A stretch of 64,000 bases of DNA from an uncultured Candidatus Saccharibacteria bacterium (GCA_964628585.1 CAZVMH010000001.1:64450-128449), one strand, 5' to 3'; counted from the first letter of the stretch, positions 34,946-45,743 are shown. Made by a program: numbers and translations. Notes: a model not told the origin generated them from the letters alone.

Positions 34946-35386
34946 ATGAAAACACATCATAAGTCTTTCATTCTAACTCTCGCAGTTGTGGTTTTTATGG
35001 GTCTTTTGGGGGTGTTTTTGCTCGGTAGGGGAAATGCTGGTGGTGATAAAAAGGTGGCTGAAAACAGTGAGGGGGACGTTGCTGGAGCCACAACAATTGG
35101 AGGAGACGATTATCTGGCTAATTTGGCCAAGAGCTTGCGTGATCAGGGAGCTGTTCTCTATGGCTCTTACTTGAGTCCAGAAACAAATGAACAAAAAGAA
35201 ATGTTTAAGGAGTCTGCCTCCACCCTTGACTATGTCGAGTGCGATGCTGCAGGTCCTGACGCTAATCCAGATGAGTGTATTGCTCAAAAAATTGAAACTT
35301 ATCCAACTTGGGTTTTTGAGGGAACACAGTATAAAGATGTTCAGGAGCTAAGTACTTTAGCTCAAATGATTGGTTTTTCTGAGTAA
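34946..35386 (+). CDS. Hypothetical secreted or membrane-anchored protein, possibly with a thioredoxin-like fold
   Basis: 146-aa ORF with a signal-anchor, paired cysteines (CDAAGPDANPDEC) and a cis-Pro-like YPTW segment. Weak assignment. Confidence 0.35.
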   Translation: MKTHHKSFILTLAVVVFMGLLGVFLLGRGNAGGDKKVAENSEGDVAGATTIGGDDYLANLAKSLRDQGAVLYGSYLSPETNEQKEMFKESASTLDYVECDAAGPDANPDECIAQKIETYPTWVFEGTQYKDVQELSTLAQMIGFSE

Positions 35387-35537
35387 ATTCTTGTTTGTGC
35401 CTGCGGATAACTCAAAACAATTATTATTTAAAAATTTTAATTCAAAAATATTTAGAAATTATTACCTTTATAGGACTATTAAATTTTACTCTCAAGCACA
35501 ATAAGAGAAAATTAATTTTTCATGAGCTCAAAAAGGC

Positions 35538-35566
35538 TTGACATGAGAGGGTGCCACTCTTAAAAT
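35538..35566 (+). promoter_or_regulatory. Consensus sigma70 promoter (TTGACA, 17-nt spacer, TAAAAT)
   Basis: -35 at 35538-35543 and -10 at 35561-35566, about 70 nt upstream of the small zinc-ribbon gene. Confidence 0.5.
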
Positions 35567-35637
35567 GTATAGGAGGGATAATATAAATGAATTTGATTAA
35601 TAAATAATTAACTACATTTGAGAGGAGGTGAAATAAC

Positions 35638-35781
35638 ATGGAAGCATACTGCGTTAAGTGCAAAGCTAAAAAAGAAATGAACAGCCCAGAAGCTGTTACT
35701 ATGAAAAACGGCAAGCCAGCTACAAAGGGAACCTGCCCAGATTGTGGCACAGGAATGTACAGAATTGGTAAAGCTGCTTAG
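35638..35781 (+). CDS. Small zinc-ribbon protein (47 aa; CxxC-X23-CxxC)
   Basis: MEAYCVKCKAKKEMNSPEAVTMKNGKPATKGTCPDCGTGMYRIGKAA. It has a strong SD (GAGGAGGTG, 7-nt spacing) and a consensus promoter. It is below the 60-aa cutoff of the ORF track. Confidence 0.55.
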   Translation: MEAYCVKCKAKKEMNSPEAVTMKNGKPATKGTCPDCGTGMYRIGKAA

Positions 35782-35859
35782 GGATATATATTCAAAAAGT
35801 TTTTGTTTTTGGTAAAAAATGTCTAAAATCGTTTTGGTTGAGGGCATTTTTTATACACA

Positions 35860-35888
35860 TTGAAAATTTAGGCATTTTAGAATATAAT
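35860..35888 (+). promoter_or_regulatory. Sigma70-like promoter (TTGAAA, 17-nt spacer, TATAAT) upstream of the sugar-transferase gene
   Basis: -35 at 35860-35865 and -10 at 35883-35888. Confidence 0.45.
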
Positions 35889-35903
35889 TCATATTAACTT
35901 ACT

Positions 35904-37328
35904 ATGAAAAAGTCAGAACTTTTTTTTGCGTTCTTATTACTTCCCGTAGATGTCGGAATGATATTCTTATCATTCATTTTGGCATATCAAATTCGCGTCA
36001 GCCTTCTTGATGTTCTCCCTGCTCTTTCCGATATTACACTTAAGCAATATTTGCACTATTCTCTTATAATTATGCCTATTTGGATTGCCCTCTTTGCTCT
36101 AAATGGACTTTACTATAGGAGAGCAACAGGTGGAGTTTTTCGTGAATTTTATAAAGTTTTGTCTGCTTCTTCTACCGCGATGCTTTTTTTGGTTGTTTTA
36201 TTCTTTTTTTCTAAAACAGTTTTTTTCTCAAGATTAATTCTTATCTTTACCTGGGTTTTGAGTATATTTCTAATCTGTACTGGCCGAATTATTCTTAAAT
36301 TAACACAACGCTATCTTCTCCGTTTCGGAATAGGCCGGAGGAATCTGCTTTTAATAGGTGACAATCAAACTTCAGAAACAGTCTGTAAAACGGTGTCTAG
36401 AAACCCAAGTTTTGGTTATGAGGTAATTGGAATTCTAAATGGCGAATCAAAACTAAGTAAATTTGGTCTAAATGTAATTGGACCAGTATCCGATCTTCTT
36501 AAAAAAATTCGCCAATACCATATTGATGAAATTGTTATGACTGATATAAATTTATCAAAAACAAAGATTTTAGAGATTATTCAAACTTGTTCCGACACAA
36601 AAACGGCTTTCAAATATATCCCTGACACTTTCTCCTTGATGACTTTCAATGTAACTTCTGGGCTTCTCGGTTCAATCCCTGTAATGGAACTAAAATCTAT
36701 CCCGTTAGATGGCTGGGGCAGAATTGTTAAAAGATTAATTGATGTTGTTTTTTCTGCAATTTTACTTATTATTACCTCGCCCATTATGTTAATTGTCGCA
36801 ATATTAGAAAAACTGACTTCGCCTGGCCCAATTTTTTACAAACATGAAAGAATTGGCCGTGACGAAAAAGTTTTTAATTTTTACAAATTCCGTTCAATGT
36901 ATATTGATAAATGTGACTTTAAGGGCGGTGTTTTTTGGAGCACAAAAGCAGATGAAACAACTAGAATTACACCGCTCGGGCGAATTCTGCGAAAGACCAA
37001 TATAGATGAACTGCCACAGTTCTGGAATATCTTGATTGGTGACATGAGTCTTATTGGCCCAAGACCGGAACTTCCAAAACACGTACAAAGATTCGAAAAA
37101 GAAATTCCTGACTATTTTAAACGTCACAAAGTAAAGGCTGGTTTAACTGGTTGGGCTCAGGTAAACGGTTTGAAGGGTGATACCTCAATTAAAGAACGCG
37201 TACGATATGATATTTATTATATCGAAAATTGGTCATTGTGGTTTGATTTAAAAATTACTTTTAAGACCGTAGCATTGATAATTTATGAAATATTTGGCGG
37301 AAAATATGAATATCGCACTCGTCCATGA
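35904..37328 (+). CDS. Polyprenyl-phosphate sugar phosphotransferase (bacterial sugar transferase family, WbaP/PglC-like initiating enzyme)
   Basis: 474-aa ORF with an N-terminal multi-TM region and a C-terminal sugar-transferase domain (KRLIDVVFSAILLIITSPIML...ERIGRDEKVFNFYKFRSM...PGLTGWAQV). Confidence 0.75.
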   Translation: MKKSELFFAFLLLPVDVGMIFLSFILAYQIRVSLLDVLPALSDITLKQYLHYSLIIMPIWIALFALNGLYYRRATGGVFREFYKVLSASSTAMLFLVVLFFFSKTVFFSRLILIFTWVLSIFLICTGRIILKLTQRYLLRFGIGRRNLLLIGDNQTSETVCKTVSRNPSFGYEVIGILNGESKLSKFGLNVIGPVSDLLKKIRQYHIDEIVMTDINLSKTKILEIIQTCSDTKTAFKYIPDTFSLMTFNVTSGLLGSIPVMELKSIPLDGWGRIVKRLIDVVFSAILLIITSPIMLIVAILEKLTSPGPIFYKHERIGRDEKVFNFYKFRSMYIDKCDFKGGVFWSTKADETTRITPLGRILRKTNIDELPQFWNILIGDMSLIGPRPELPKHVQRFEKEIPDYFKRHKVKAGLTGWAQVNGLKGDTSIKERVRYDIYYIENWSLWFDLKITFKTVALIIYEIFGGKYEYRTRP

Positions 37329-38400
37329 TTGGATTACCAATGTGGCTGGAGCCGAGAGAGTGGTTTTAGAAATTAATAAAATCTATCCTCGCGCACCAAT
37401 TTTTACCTCTGTTTTTGATACTAAAAAGGCTAAGCCTTTTTCTAAACTTGATGTTAGGCCTTCTTTCTTGCAAAAATTTCCTCTCGTTAAATCAAAAAGA
37501 GAACTTTTGATTCCCCTGACTCCCTTTGCTTTTGAACAAATTGATCTTTCAAAGTTTAATCTAGTTATCTCAAGTACAACTATGGCGGCAAAAGGAGTTT
37601 TAACTAAACCCGAAGCAATTCATATCTGCTATTGTCATACTCCTGCAAGGTATCTGTGGGAACCTGGAATAGATCCACGCGCGAGCAAAGGTTTTCTTTC
37701 TCCGCTCAAAAAAGGTGTTTCTCGCAGAATGCGAATTTGGGATAAGGTGGCAGCCGATAGAGTTGATTATTTTATCGCCAACTCAAATTATATAGCGCAA
37801 CGAATTAAAAAATATTATGACAGAGATTCAATAGTTGTTTATCCTCCAGTTAACGTAAATCGTTTTAAGGTGGCAGTTAAAAAAGAGATTGGCGATTACT
37901 TTCTTTTTGTCTCAAGATTGGTGGCATATAAGAAATGCGATATTATCATAGAAGCTTTTAATGATTTAGGCTTGCCTCTAAAAATTATTGGCCAAGGATC
38001 GGAGAAAAAACGTCTTACAAAGTTGGCAAAATCAAATATCGAATTTTTAGGGCATCTATCAGACGAGGACATTGCAAATTATTATGCCAAAACTAAAGCT
38101 TTTGTTTTTGCAGCCGAAGAAGATTTTGGTATTGTCCCGGTTGAGGCAATGGCAGCTGGACGGCCTGTAATTGCTTTTAATGGTGGGGGAGTGCGTGAAA
38201 CAGTCATTGATAAAAAAACAGGTATTCTTTTTGACGAACAAACACCACAATGCATTGTAGATGCAGTTAAAAAATTTAATCCAAATGATTTTGATCCAAT
38301 GGTGATTCGAAGGCAAGCTGAGAAATTTAGTAATGAGAGATTCAAAAAAGAGTTTAAAAATGCGATAGATGATATATTAAAGAAAGAGGGTAAAAAGTAG
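37306..38400 (+). CDS. Glycosyltransferase family 4 (GT-B fold)
   Basis: An N-terminal IALVHDWITNVAGAERVV motif and a C-terminal E-x7-E-like region (FVFAAEEDFGIVPVEAMAAGRPVIA). Confidence 0.7.
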   Translation: MNIALVHDWITNVAGAERVVLEINKIYPRAPIFTSVFDTKKAKPFSKLDVRPSFLQKFPLVKSKRELLIPLTPFAFEQIDLSKFNLVISSTTMAAKGVLTKPEAIHICYCHTPARYLWEPGIDPRASKGFLSPLKKGVSRRMRIWDKVAADRVDYFIANSNYIAQRIKKYYDRDSIVVYPPVNVNRFKVAVKKEIGDYFLFVSRLVAYKKCDIIIEAFNDLGLPLKIIGQGSEKKRLTKLAKSNIEFLGHLSDEDIANYYAKTKAFVFAAEEDFGIVPVEAMAAGRPVIAFNGGGVRETVIDKKTGILFDEQTPQCIVDAVKKFNPNDFDPMVIRRQAEKFSNERFKKEFKNAIDDILKKEGKK

Positions 38401-38417
38401 GTTGTTCAGGAGGTGGG

Positions 38418-40559
38418 TTGGGTTTTGTTGATGGCATTCGACCAAAAAAACGAAAAGAAGATTCTGGAAGGGAACCGATTTTTTCGGAGTTAATTACTAA
38501 TTCAGATCTTGAAGATAAGCATGAAGAGAGACTACTAAGACTTGGTGATAAGATTCACCAAGAAGTTTTTCGTATTCCAAACAAAAGAGAAATAATTTTT
38601 TCTTCTCGAAAAAAAGTAGGTAATTTTTTTCAAAACTCTCACTTTCCAAAATTTTCAGTAAAGAGCACATTTGTTTTGCTGATGATTGGAATGCTAACTC
38701 TTATTTCTTTAGCCAAAATTCAATCAGTAAAGGCTCAAACAAATCAATTGTCAGAAGAAGCACAGTCTCATTTGGAAAAAGCTTTCTTTGAAATAGAGGC
38801 AGGAGATTTAGCTAAATCCTTGGACGAGGCCAACCTAGCTAAAGATAAAATCGAAGAAATGAAAATGCTAGCCCAAGCGTATGGTCAGGATATTCAATAT
38901 TTTCGTTTGACTCCTTTTAAAAACTCTAAACTTTCGGCGGATGAGCGTCTTTTGGATGCCTCATACAATATAATAAACACAATGACCAGTTTTAATAAGA
39001 CGATTGCACAATCAACTGGTAGTGAAGAAGGTTTTTTAAATAAAAGTTCAAATTATATTCTTAATTTAGAAAAGACCGGTCAGGAAATCAGCGGGGTTCT
39101 AGATGAGAGCCACAAGAAGCTATTGCAGTCAAAGAGCGACTTGGAGAAAATTTGTGATTCGCTTGACTCGAGTAAACAGGAAAATGTTGATAAAGCACTT
39201 GCTGTAATAGACAAAAGTCTCAATTCTATTAGTTTTTTTGGAACATTAGTTAGTCGAGATTTACCCTGGCTTTCTGGCGCAGATGGCACAGATAAGAAGC
39301 TCTTAATATTATTTCAAAATAATGCCGAACTTCGTGGAGGAAGCGGTGGTTCACTTGGTTCTTTTGGCACAGCTCACTTCTCTGAAGGAAAACTAAAAAA
39401 CATTGATTTTGGTAAAAATATATATAAACTTGATAAGCCTTTTGCAGCTTCAACTCACATTGAGCCTCCAGAGATTATCAAATTTCTAAATCCAAACTGG
39501 GTTATGAAAGACTCCGGATGGGCCGTAGATGGACCAGAATCAAGCAAAACGATTTTAGATTTTTATAAAAAGGAAACGGGCGAAACTATTGATGGTATAA
39601 CTATGATAGACACCACAGCAATTGTTTCGCTTTTAAAAGTGATTGGCCCAATAGATATGACAAAGTATGATAAAAGTATAACTGCCGAAAACTTTAGACC
39701 AGAATTAGAAAATGAAGTTCATGAATCATATTTCGACAAGCCAGAAAATTTAATTGAAAATGAACCAAAAAGAATCATTAGTGATATGATGCCCATTTTT
39801 ATTGAAAAAGTTCTTTCTGGTTTGAGCGACACCAATTCAGCAAAAATTCTTGCCTCGTTGTCTAATTCCTTATCTCAGAAAGATATAACTTTTTATTTTA
39901 CAAAAGAAGATTTTCAGCAGAATATTGAAAAGTTAAACTATTCTGGTTCTGTTTTACCCTCCATTGGAGACTATCTATATATTAACAATTCAAATATTGC
40001 TGGGCAAAAAAGCAGTTTAAGCGTTGAAGAAACAGTAAAACTAACTGTTGATATTTCAGCAAACGGAAAGATAACAGATAGTATAAACCTACAACGCAAT
40101 CATAAGGGCAAGGACGAACTTCCAGATGGCATTAATAGAAACTTTGTTCGTCTGCTTCTACCGGAAAATTCAAGTATTTTATCATTCACTCCGGTGACTG
40201 GTAGTTTTGAACAAATGGGGGATCAGGGTTACAAAAATAATTCTCCTTACTGGAATGGAACTGAAGCAGGAAAATCTGTCCTCAACTTTTGGATGACGAC
40301 TAATCCCGGTCAAAAAAGTGAACTCAATTTATCATATGAACCAAACTATAAAGTAGATACATCCAAAGATTTTACATATAATCTGGCTGTTCAAAAACAA
40401 CCGGGCGCTAACCCCGATAATTTAAATGTTACAATTAAATTCCCAGAAGGTTTTACGCCAGCAAATGTAAAAAATTATGATTCTAGAAAACATGAAATTA
40501 ATTTAACTTTTTATCTAGATCAAGACAAAACCTACAAAATCCAGTTTAAGAAAGACTGA
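38418..40559 (+). CDS. Large hypothetical protein, DUF4012-like (commonly linked to polysaccharide loci), with an N-terminal TM
   Basis: 713-aa ORF with a TM helix near residue 85 and a central FQNNAELRGGSGGSLGSFG motif. Confidence 0.45.
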   Translation: MGFVDGIRPKKRKEDSGREPIFSELITNSDLEDKHEERLLRLGDKIHQEVFRIPNKREIIFSSRKKVGNFFQNSHFPKFSVKSTFVLLMIGMLTLISLAKIQSVKAQTNQLSEEAQSHLEKAFFEIEAGDLAKSLDEANLAKDKIEEMKMLAQAYGQDIQYFRLTPFKNSKLSADERLLDASYNIINTMTSFNKTIAQSTGSEEGFLNKSSNYILNLEKTGQEISGVLDESHKKLLQSKSDLEKICDSLDSSKQENVDKALAVIDKSLNSISFFGTLVSRDLPWLSGADGTDKKLLILFQNNAELRGGSGGSLGSFGTAHFSEGKLKNIDFGKNIYKLDKPFAASTHIEPPEIIKFLNPNWVMKDSGWAVDGPESSKTILDFYKKETGETIDGITMIDTTAIVSLLKVIGPIDMTKYDKSITAENFRPELENEVHESYFDKPENLIENEPKRIISDMMPIFIEKVLSGLSDTNSAKILASLSNSLSQKDITFYFTKEDFQQNIEKLNYSGSVLPSIGDYLYINNSNIAGQKSSLSVEETVKLTVDISANGKITDSINLQRNHKGKDELPDGINRNFVRLLLPENSSILSFTPVTGSFEQMGDQGYKNNSPYWNGTEAGKSVLNFWMTTNPGQKSELNLSYEPNYKVDTSKDFTYNLAVQKQPGANPDNLNVTIKFPEGFTPANVKNYDSRKHEINLTFYLDQDKTYKIQFKKD

Positions 40560-40662
40560 ATATTCGTTTTTGCTATTACTCAAGTCTTGTCTTGAATTGG
40601 TCCGCATGATACAATGAGTGGGCATAAGGCAAGTGGAGGGGCTATTCACTGATTTTTTATTG

Positions 40663-42759
40663 ATGGAGAAAAATATGGTAGGGAAAGAAGAAAAGATCGT
40701 GTCATCGAACGAATATGATGCTTCAAAAATTACAGTTCTAGAGGGATTAGCGCCGGTTAGAAAAAGACCTGGCATGTACATTGGAGGAACTGGAGTAGAT
40801 GGACTTCATCACTTAATTTGGGAAGTCATTGATAACTCAATAGATGAGGCAATGGCTGGTTTTTGTAATAAAATTTTAATTACGTTGCATAAGGACGGTT
40901 CAGTCTCTGTTGATGATAATGGTCGCGGAATTCCTGTTGATGTTGTAAAAGCGACTGGTAAGTCTGCTCTTGAAACTGTTCTAACTGTTTTGCATGCTGG
41001 TGGTAAGTTTGGTGATGGTGGATACAAAGTTTCAGGTGGTCTTCATGGTGTTGGTGTTTCTGTTGTAAACGCATTGAGTACCTGGGTAAAGGCTGAGGTA
41101 AGAAAAAGCGGGAAATTATATTTTCAACAGTACGATAGAGGTGTAGCCAAGGAAGATATTAAAATTATTGGCGAGGCAGATTCAACTGGTACTAAAATTA
41201 CTTTTTTACCCGATCCGGAAATTTTTAGTGATACTACTTTTTCGTATGCAACAATTTTAAATCATTGTCGCCAACAGACCTACTTAACTAAAGGCGTGAT
41301 GATTACAATTAATGATGAGAGAGATGAAGGTGGTGTATCTAAAACTGAAACCGACACTGTTTTAACTAAAGAATCAGAACCCAATATCGAAACCGATACT
41401 GAAGAAGACAGTGACCATACTGGACGTGGTTCTTTGAGTGAAGAGGAAAAGGAATCCGCAAAAGAAAAGATTGGACATCAATCATACTCATTCTATTTTG
41501 AAGGTGGAATTTCCTCATATGTTCGCCATATAAACAAAAACCGCGAAGCCCTAATTGACCCACCAATGTATGTGGAGCGTGAGTTAAATTCGGTTGTGGT
41601 GGAACTTTCACTTGCTTACACGAACGATTTTAAAGAGCACACTTACACTTTTGCCAATAATATCAACACGGCTGAAGGCGGGACGCATCTAACAGGTTTT
41701 AAGACTGCATTAACACGTGCCATCAATGATTATGCCAAAAAACATTCTATTGTTGAAAAGGGCACAACCCTAACGGGTGAAGACGTTCGAGAAGGTCTAA
41801 CCTGTATACTTTCGATAAAATTGGCAGAACCACAGTTTGAAGGCCAGACAAAAGCTAAACTTGGTAACACAGAAGTTCGTTCCATTGTTGAAACAGTCAC
41901 AGCTTCAGCTTTGGGTGAATATATGGAAGAACATCCAAATGAAGCAAAAAAAATCATTGAAAAGTGTTCTTTATCTGCTAGAGCTCGTATGGCCGCCCGC
42001 GCCGCCCGAGATACTATTATAAGGAAAGGCGCACTCGAAGGAATGACATTACCTGGTAAGTTAGCAGATTGTTCTTCTCGCGACTCAAGTAAAACTGAAA
42101 TTCATATAGTAGAGGGAGACTCAGCTGGTGGTTCAGCCAAGCAGGGACGAGATAGAAGTTTTCAGGCCATTTTACCACTTCGAGGAAAAATTTTAAATGT
42201 AGAACGAGCCAGACTTGATCGAATGCTTACATCAGACGAAATAAAAGCGTTAATTGTTGCACTTGGTATCGGCATTGGCGAAGAAATTAATTATGCAAAA
42301 TTACGTTATGATCGCATTATTATTATGACAGATGCAGATGTAGATGGTGCCCACATTCGCACTTTGCTTTTGACTTTCTTTTTCCGTAATTTTCCAGAGT
42401 TAATTGAAAAAGGTCATGTTTATATTGCTCAGCCACCTCTTTTCTCTGTGGCAAAGGGCAAAGAAAAGCTTTGGGTCTACTCCGATAAAGAGCGTGATGA
42501 GGCCGTTGTTAAACTAAAGAAGGGCAACGAAGAAGCTGGTGGAATTATGATACAACGATTTAAAGGTTTGGGTGAAATGAACCCTACACAGCTTTGGGAT
42601 ACTACAATGAATCCAGAAAACAGAATTCTGCTGCAGGTTAATGTGGGTGACGCGGAAAGAGCAGACGAGATCTTTTCAATGCTAATGGGCGATCAGGTTG
42701 CCCCTCGAAAGAAGTTTATTCAAACTAGAGCAAAATCAGTTAAGAATTTGGATACTTAA
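40663..42759 (+). CDS. gyrB: DNA gyrase subunit B (with an acidic insertion of ~60 aa)
   Basis: GHKL ATPase motifs (GLHHLIWEVIDNSIDE, GGLHGVG), a TOPRIM domain (EGDSAGGS, DADVDGAHI) and a C-terminal QRFKGLGEM segment. The likely start is MEKNMVG at 40663. Confidence 0.85.
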   Translation: MEKNMVGKEEKIVSSNEYDASKITVLEGLAPVRKRPGMYIGGTGVDGLHHLIWEVIDNSIDEAMAGFCNKILITLHKDGSVSVDDNGRGIPVDVVKATGKSALETVLTVLHAGGKFGDGGYKVSGGLHGVGVSVVNALSTWVKAEVRKSGKLYFQQYDRGVAKEDIKIIGEADSTGTKITFLPDPEIFSDTTFSYATILNHCRQQTYLTKGVMITINDERDEGGVSKTETDTVLTKESEPNIETDTEEDSDHTGRGSLSEEEKESAKEKIGHQSYSFYFEGGISSYVRHINKNREALIDPPMYVERELNSVVVELSLAYTNDFKEHTYTFANNINTAEGGTHLTGFKTALTRAINDYAKKHSIVEKGTTLTGEDVREGLTCILSIKLAEPQFEGQTKAKLGNTEVRSIVETVTASALGEYMEEHPNEAKKIIEKCSLSARARMAARAARDTIIRKGALEGMTLPGKLADCSSRDSSKTEIHIVEGDSAGGSAKQGRDRSFQAILPLRGKILNVERARLDRMLTSDEIKALIVALGIGIGEEINYAKLRYDRIIIMTDADVDGAHIRTLLLTFFFRNFPELIEKGHVYIAQPPLFSVAKGKEKLWVYSDKERDEAVVKLKKGNEEAGGIMIQRFKGLGEMNPTQLWDTTMNPENRILLQVNVGDAERADEIFSMLMGDQVAPRKKFIQTRAKSVKNLDT

Positions 42760-42761
42760 TT

Positions 42762-45743
42762 ATGAATGAAGATAATTTGGAAAAAGATATGGAAGAAGAA
42801 AGCAACGATCAGCCAGAAATGGTTGATGGTCTTGATGTGGATGCTGAGGAATCAACAGAAGACATTGAAGAGACATCTCAGGAATCAGGATCTGATTCCG
42901 ACAATGACAATGATCATGCGGATGAGCTAGCGAGTGATCCAATTGTGGTTGAAGAAACATTTGTGCAGGATGTTGGGCATTTGCATTCACGAGACCTTCG
43001 TCTTGAAATGGAAACCTCCTATCTTGATTATGCAATGAGCGTTATTGTTTCTCGTGCCCTTCCTGATGTTAGAGATGGCCTGAAACCAGTTCATCGTCGA
43101 GTTCTTTATGCAATGTATTCAACTGGACTTCACCATAATGTTAAATATCGTAAATCTGCCAAAGTTGTCGGTGAAGTTATTGGTAATTTTCATCCTCATG
43201 GTGACGTAGCCGCTTACGATACTTTGGTGAGAATGGCTCAAGATTTCTCGATGCGTTATCCAATGGTAGATGGTCAGGGTAATTTTGGCTCAATGGATGG
43301 GGATTCTGCTGCTGCTATGCGGTACACAGAATGTCGAATGTCTTCTATTGCTGGAGAAATGCTCCAAGATATTGATAAAGATACAGTTGATTGGCAGGAC
43401 AACTATGATGGTACAACACAGGAGCCTAAGGTTTTGCCTGCTCGTGTCCCCCAGCTTCTCTTAAATGGCACAATGGGTATTGCAGTTGGAATGGCTACCA
43501 ATATTCCACCTCACAATCTTGGCGAACTTTGTCATGGTGTTATGGCCCTTATTGATAATCCAGAAGCAACAGTAGATGATTTGATGGAATTTGTAAAAGG
43601 ACCAGATTTCCCAACTGGCGGCAATATTTACAATACTGAAGATATAAAACTTGCTTACGCTACAGGTAAAGGCAAGATTATGATGCGGGCAAAGGCCGAA
43701 ATTGAGGAAACAAAAAGAGGATATCGCATCATAATATCAGAAATTCCATATCAGGTGAACAAAGCCACCATGATTGAAAAGATTGCTGATCTGGTCAAAA
43801 ATAAAAAGATTGATGGTATTTCAGATCTTCGCGATGAATCTGACAGGAAAGGCGTTAGAGTAGTAATAGAATTGAAATCAAGTTCGTATCCAAAGAAAGT
43901 TTTGAATCGTCTTTTTGAACTGACTCCAATGCAGACTGCTTTTCATGTTAATATGCTTGCTTTGACACCAGAACTTGAACCAAGAGTAATGACCCTAAGG
44001 GATGTTTTGCTTCACTATATAGATCACAGAAAGATTGTAATAGCTAGAAGAAGTGAGTTTGAATTAAAAAAAGCTAAAGACAGAGCACATATTTTAGAGG
44101 GGCTAAGAATTGCTCTTGATCAAATTGATAAAATCATAAATACAATTCGCGCTTCAGCAAATAAGGAAGAGGCAAAAAAAAATTTAATGTCTGGTTTTTC
44201 ATTATCAGACAAACAGACAGATGCAATTTTAGAGATGCGTCTTTCGGCATTGGCTGCACTTGAGCGAAAAAAAATTGAAGACGAATACAACGAGATGCTA
44301 AAGAGAATAGCGTTTTTGGAAGATATTTTAGCTCATCCTGAAAAGATTTTGGGGCTAATTAAAAAAGATTTAAATGAAGTTGTCGATAAATTTGGTGATG
44401 AAAGAAGAACAACTATTATCCCACATGCTTTAGGTGATTTTTCAGCCGAAGATCTAATTCCAAATCAGTCTGTAATAGTAGCTCTTTCTCGTGGTAATTA
44501 CATTAAGAGACAGGAAGTTGACACTTATAGAAAACAAACGCGAGGTGGCATTGGAGTGGTTGGAATGACAACAAAAGAGGAAGACATTGTTGATCATTTG
44601 GTTTGTGCTAACACGCATGATGACATTTTCTTATTTACAAATAAGGGCAGGGTTTTTAAGAGTAAAGTATATGAACTGCCAGTTTCTGGTCGTCAATCTA
44701 AGGGAACACCGGTAATAAATATTGTTCAGATCGCTTCTTCGGAAAAAGTAACTGCGCTTTTAACTGTAGCCAAAAATGACAATGGTGATAAATACTTTGT
44801 TATGGGTACAAAAGATGGTCAGATTAAAAAGACAGAAATTGAAAAGTATGAAAATATAAGAAAAACTGGAATTATTGCCATGGGGCTCAAGGGAACAGAT
44901 GAATTAAAGTGGGTAAAAACTTCAGTTGGAGATGATGTAATTGTTGAGGTCTCTCAAAAAGGTCAAGCAATTTGCTATCCAGAAACAGATGTTCGTCCAA
45001 TGGGCCGAAGCGCTAGCGGTGTAACTGGAATGAGGATGAAAAGTGGCGACCAAGTAATGGCAATGGAAGTGATTCCAAAGAGCTTGGCAGGATTTGAATC
45101 AAATAGTCGGGGTGCAGACATGCTAGTCGTTCTTGAAAATGGTTTTGGCAAACGAACAATGCTTAAGAATTTCCATCTACAAAAACGGGGCGGAATGGGC
45201 ATTAAAGCAGCTAATTGCACACCCAAAACCGGTAATTTAATTGGTATTCATGTCACCTATAATGACCTGGGAGACGTTATTCTTGCTTCAGAAAAAGGCC
45301 AATTTATCAGAATGGAATTAAATAAAATCAAACGGCTTGGACGAGATACACAGGGTGTAACTTTAATGCGTCTTAAAGACAACGATAAGGTTTCATCTGT
45401 TGCAATCATAATGCCAGATGAAAATAAATCAGAAAATAAAGAAATTCCAAAGGATCAACCTAAAGAGATTAAGACCAAAAAAGAAGATTCTGATGTAAAA
45501 AGCAAACTCAAAAATAGGCCACCTTTAGAGCCAATAAAAGTACATTTTTATGAAAAAGAAGGAGATGAGGATTCGAAAGATATAGAAAATGAGAAGCAAG
45601 GTGAGAAATTTCATATTAAATCATACAAACATGAAACAGGCGTAGAAGATACTTCTCAAGAAGAAACCAAAGACGATACCCCCAAAAATCCTCCAATTCA
45701 AAAAGACACAGTTAATTATTGGGGCGGGAACAAACATAAGTAG
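42762..45743 (+). CDS. gyrA: DNA gyrase subunit A, with a ~70-aa acidic N-terminal extension and a long Lys/Glu-rich C-terminal tail
   Basis: AMSVIVSRALPDVRDGLKPVHRRVLYAM, the active-site Tyr region (AAMRYTE) and C-terminal beta-pinwheel repeats. Confidence 0.85.
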   Translation: MNEDNLEKDMEEESNDQPEMVDGLDVDAEESTEDIEETSQESGSDSDNDNDHADELASDPIVVEETFVQDVGHLHSRDLRLEMETSYLDYAMSVIVSRALPDVRDGLKPVHRRVLYAMYSTGLHHNVKYRKSAKVVGEVIGNFHPHGDVAAYDTLVRMAQDFSMRYPMVDGQGNFGSMDGDSAAAMRYTECRMSSIAGEMLQDIDKDTVDWQDNYDGTTQEPKVLPARVPQLLLNGTMGIAVGMATNIPPHNLGELCHGVMALIDNPEATVDDLMEFVKGPDFPTGGNIYNTEDIKLAYATGKGKIMMRAKAEIEETKRGYRIIISEIPYQVNKATMIEKIADLVKNKKIDGISDLRDESDRKGVRVVIELKSSSYPKKVLNRLFELTPMQTAFHVNMLALTPELEPRVMTLRDVLLHYIDHRKIVIARRSEFELKKAKDRAHILEGLRIALDQIDKIINTIRASANKEEAKKNLMSGFSLSDKQTDAILEMRLSALAALERKKIEDEYNEMLKRIAFLEDILAHPEKILGLIKKDLNEVVDKFGDERRTTIIPHALGDFSAEDLIPNQSVIVALSRGNYIKRQEVDTYRKQTRGGIGVVGMTTKEEDIVDHLVCANTHDDIFLFTNKGRVFKSKVYELPVSGRQSKGTPVINIVQIASSEKVTALLTVAKNDNGDKYFVMGTKDGQIKKTEIEKYENIRKTGIIAMGLKGTDELKWVKTSVGDDVIVEVSQKGQAICYPETDVRPMGRSASGVTGMRMKSGDQVMAMEVIPKSLAGFESNSRGADMLVVLENGFGKRTMLKNFHLQKRGGMGIKAANCTPKTGNLIGIHVTYNDLGDVILASEKGQFIRMELNKIKRLGRDTQGVTLMRLKDNDKVSSVAIIMPDENKSENKEIPKDQPKEIKTKKEDSDVKSKLKNRPPLEPIKVHFYEKEGDEDSKDIENEKQGEKFHIKSYKHETGVEDTSQEETKDDTPKNPPIQKDTVNYWGGNKHK

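Noticed and set aside
40618-40662. Longer gyrB start at 40618 (MGIRQVEGLFTDFLLMEKN...)
   Set aside because: The N-terminal 15 residues are not conserved-looking. MEKNMVGKEEK at 40663 aligns with typical GyrB N-termini. The shorter start is preferred, but neither was verified.
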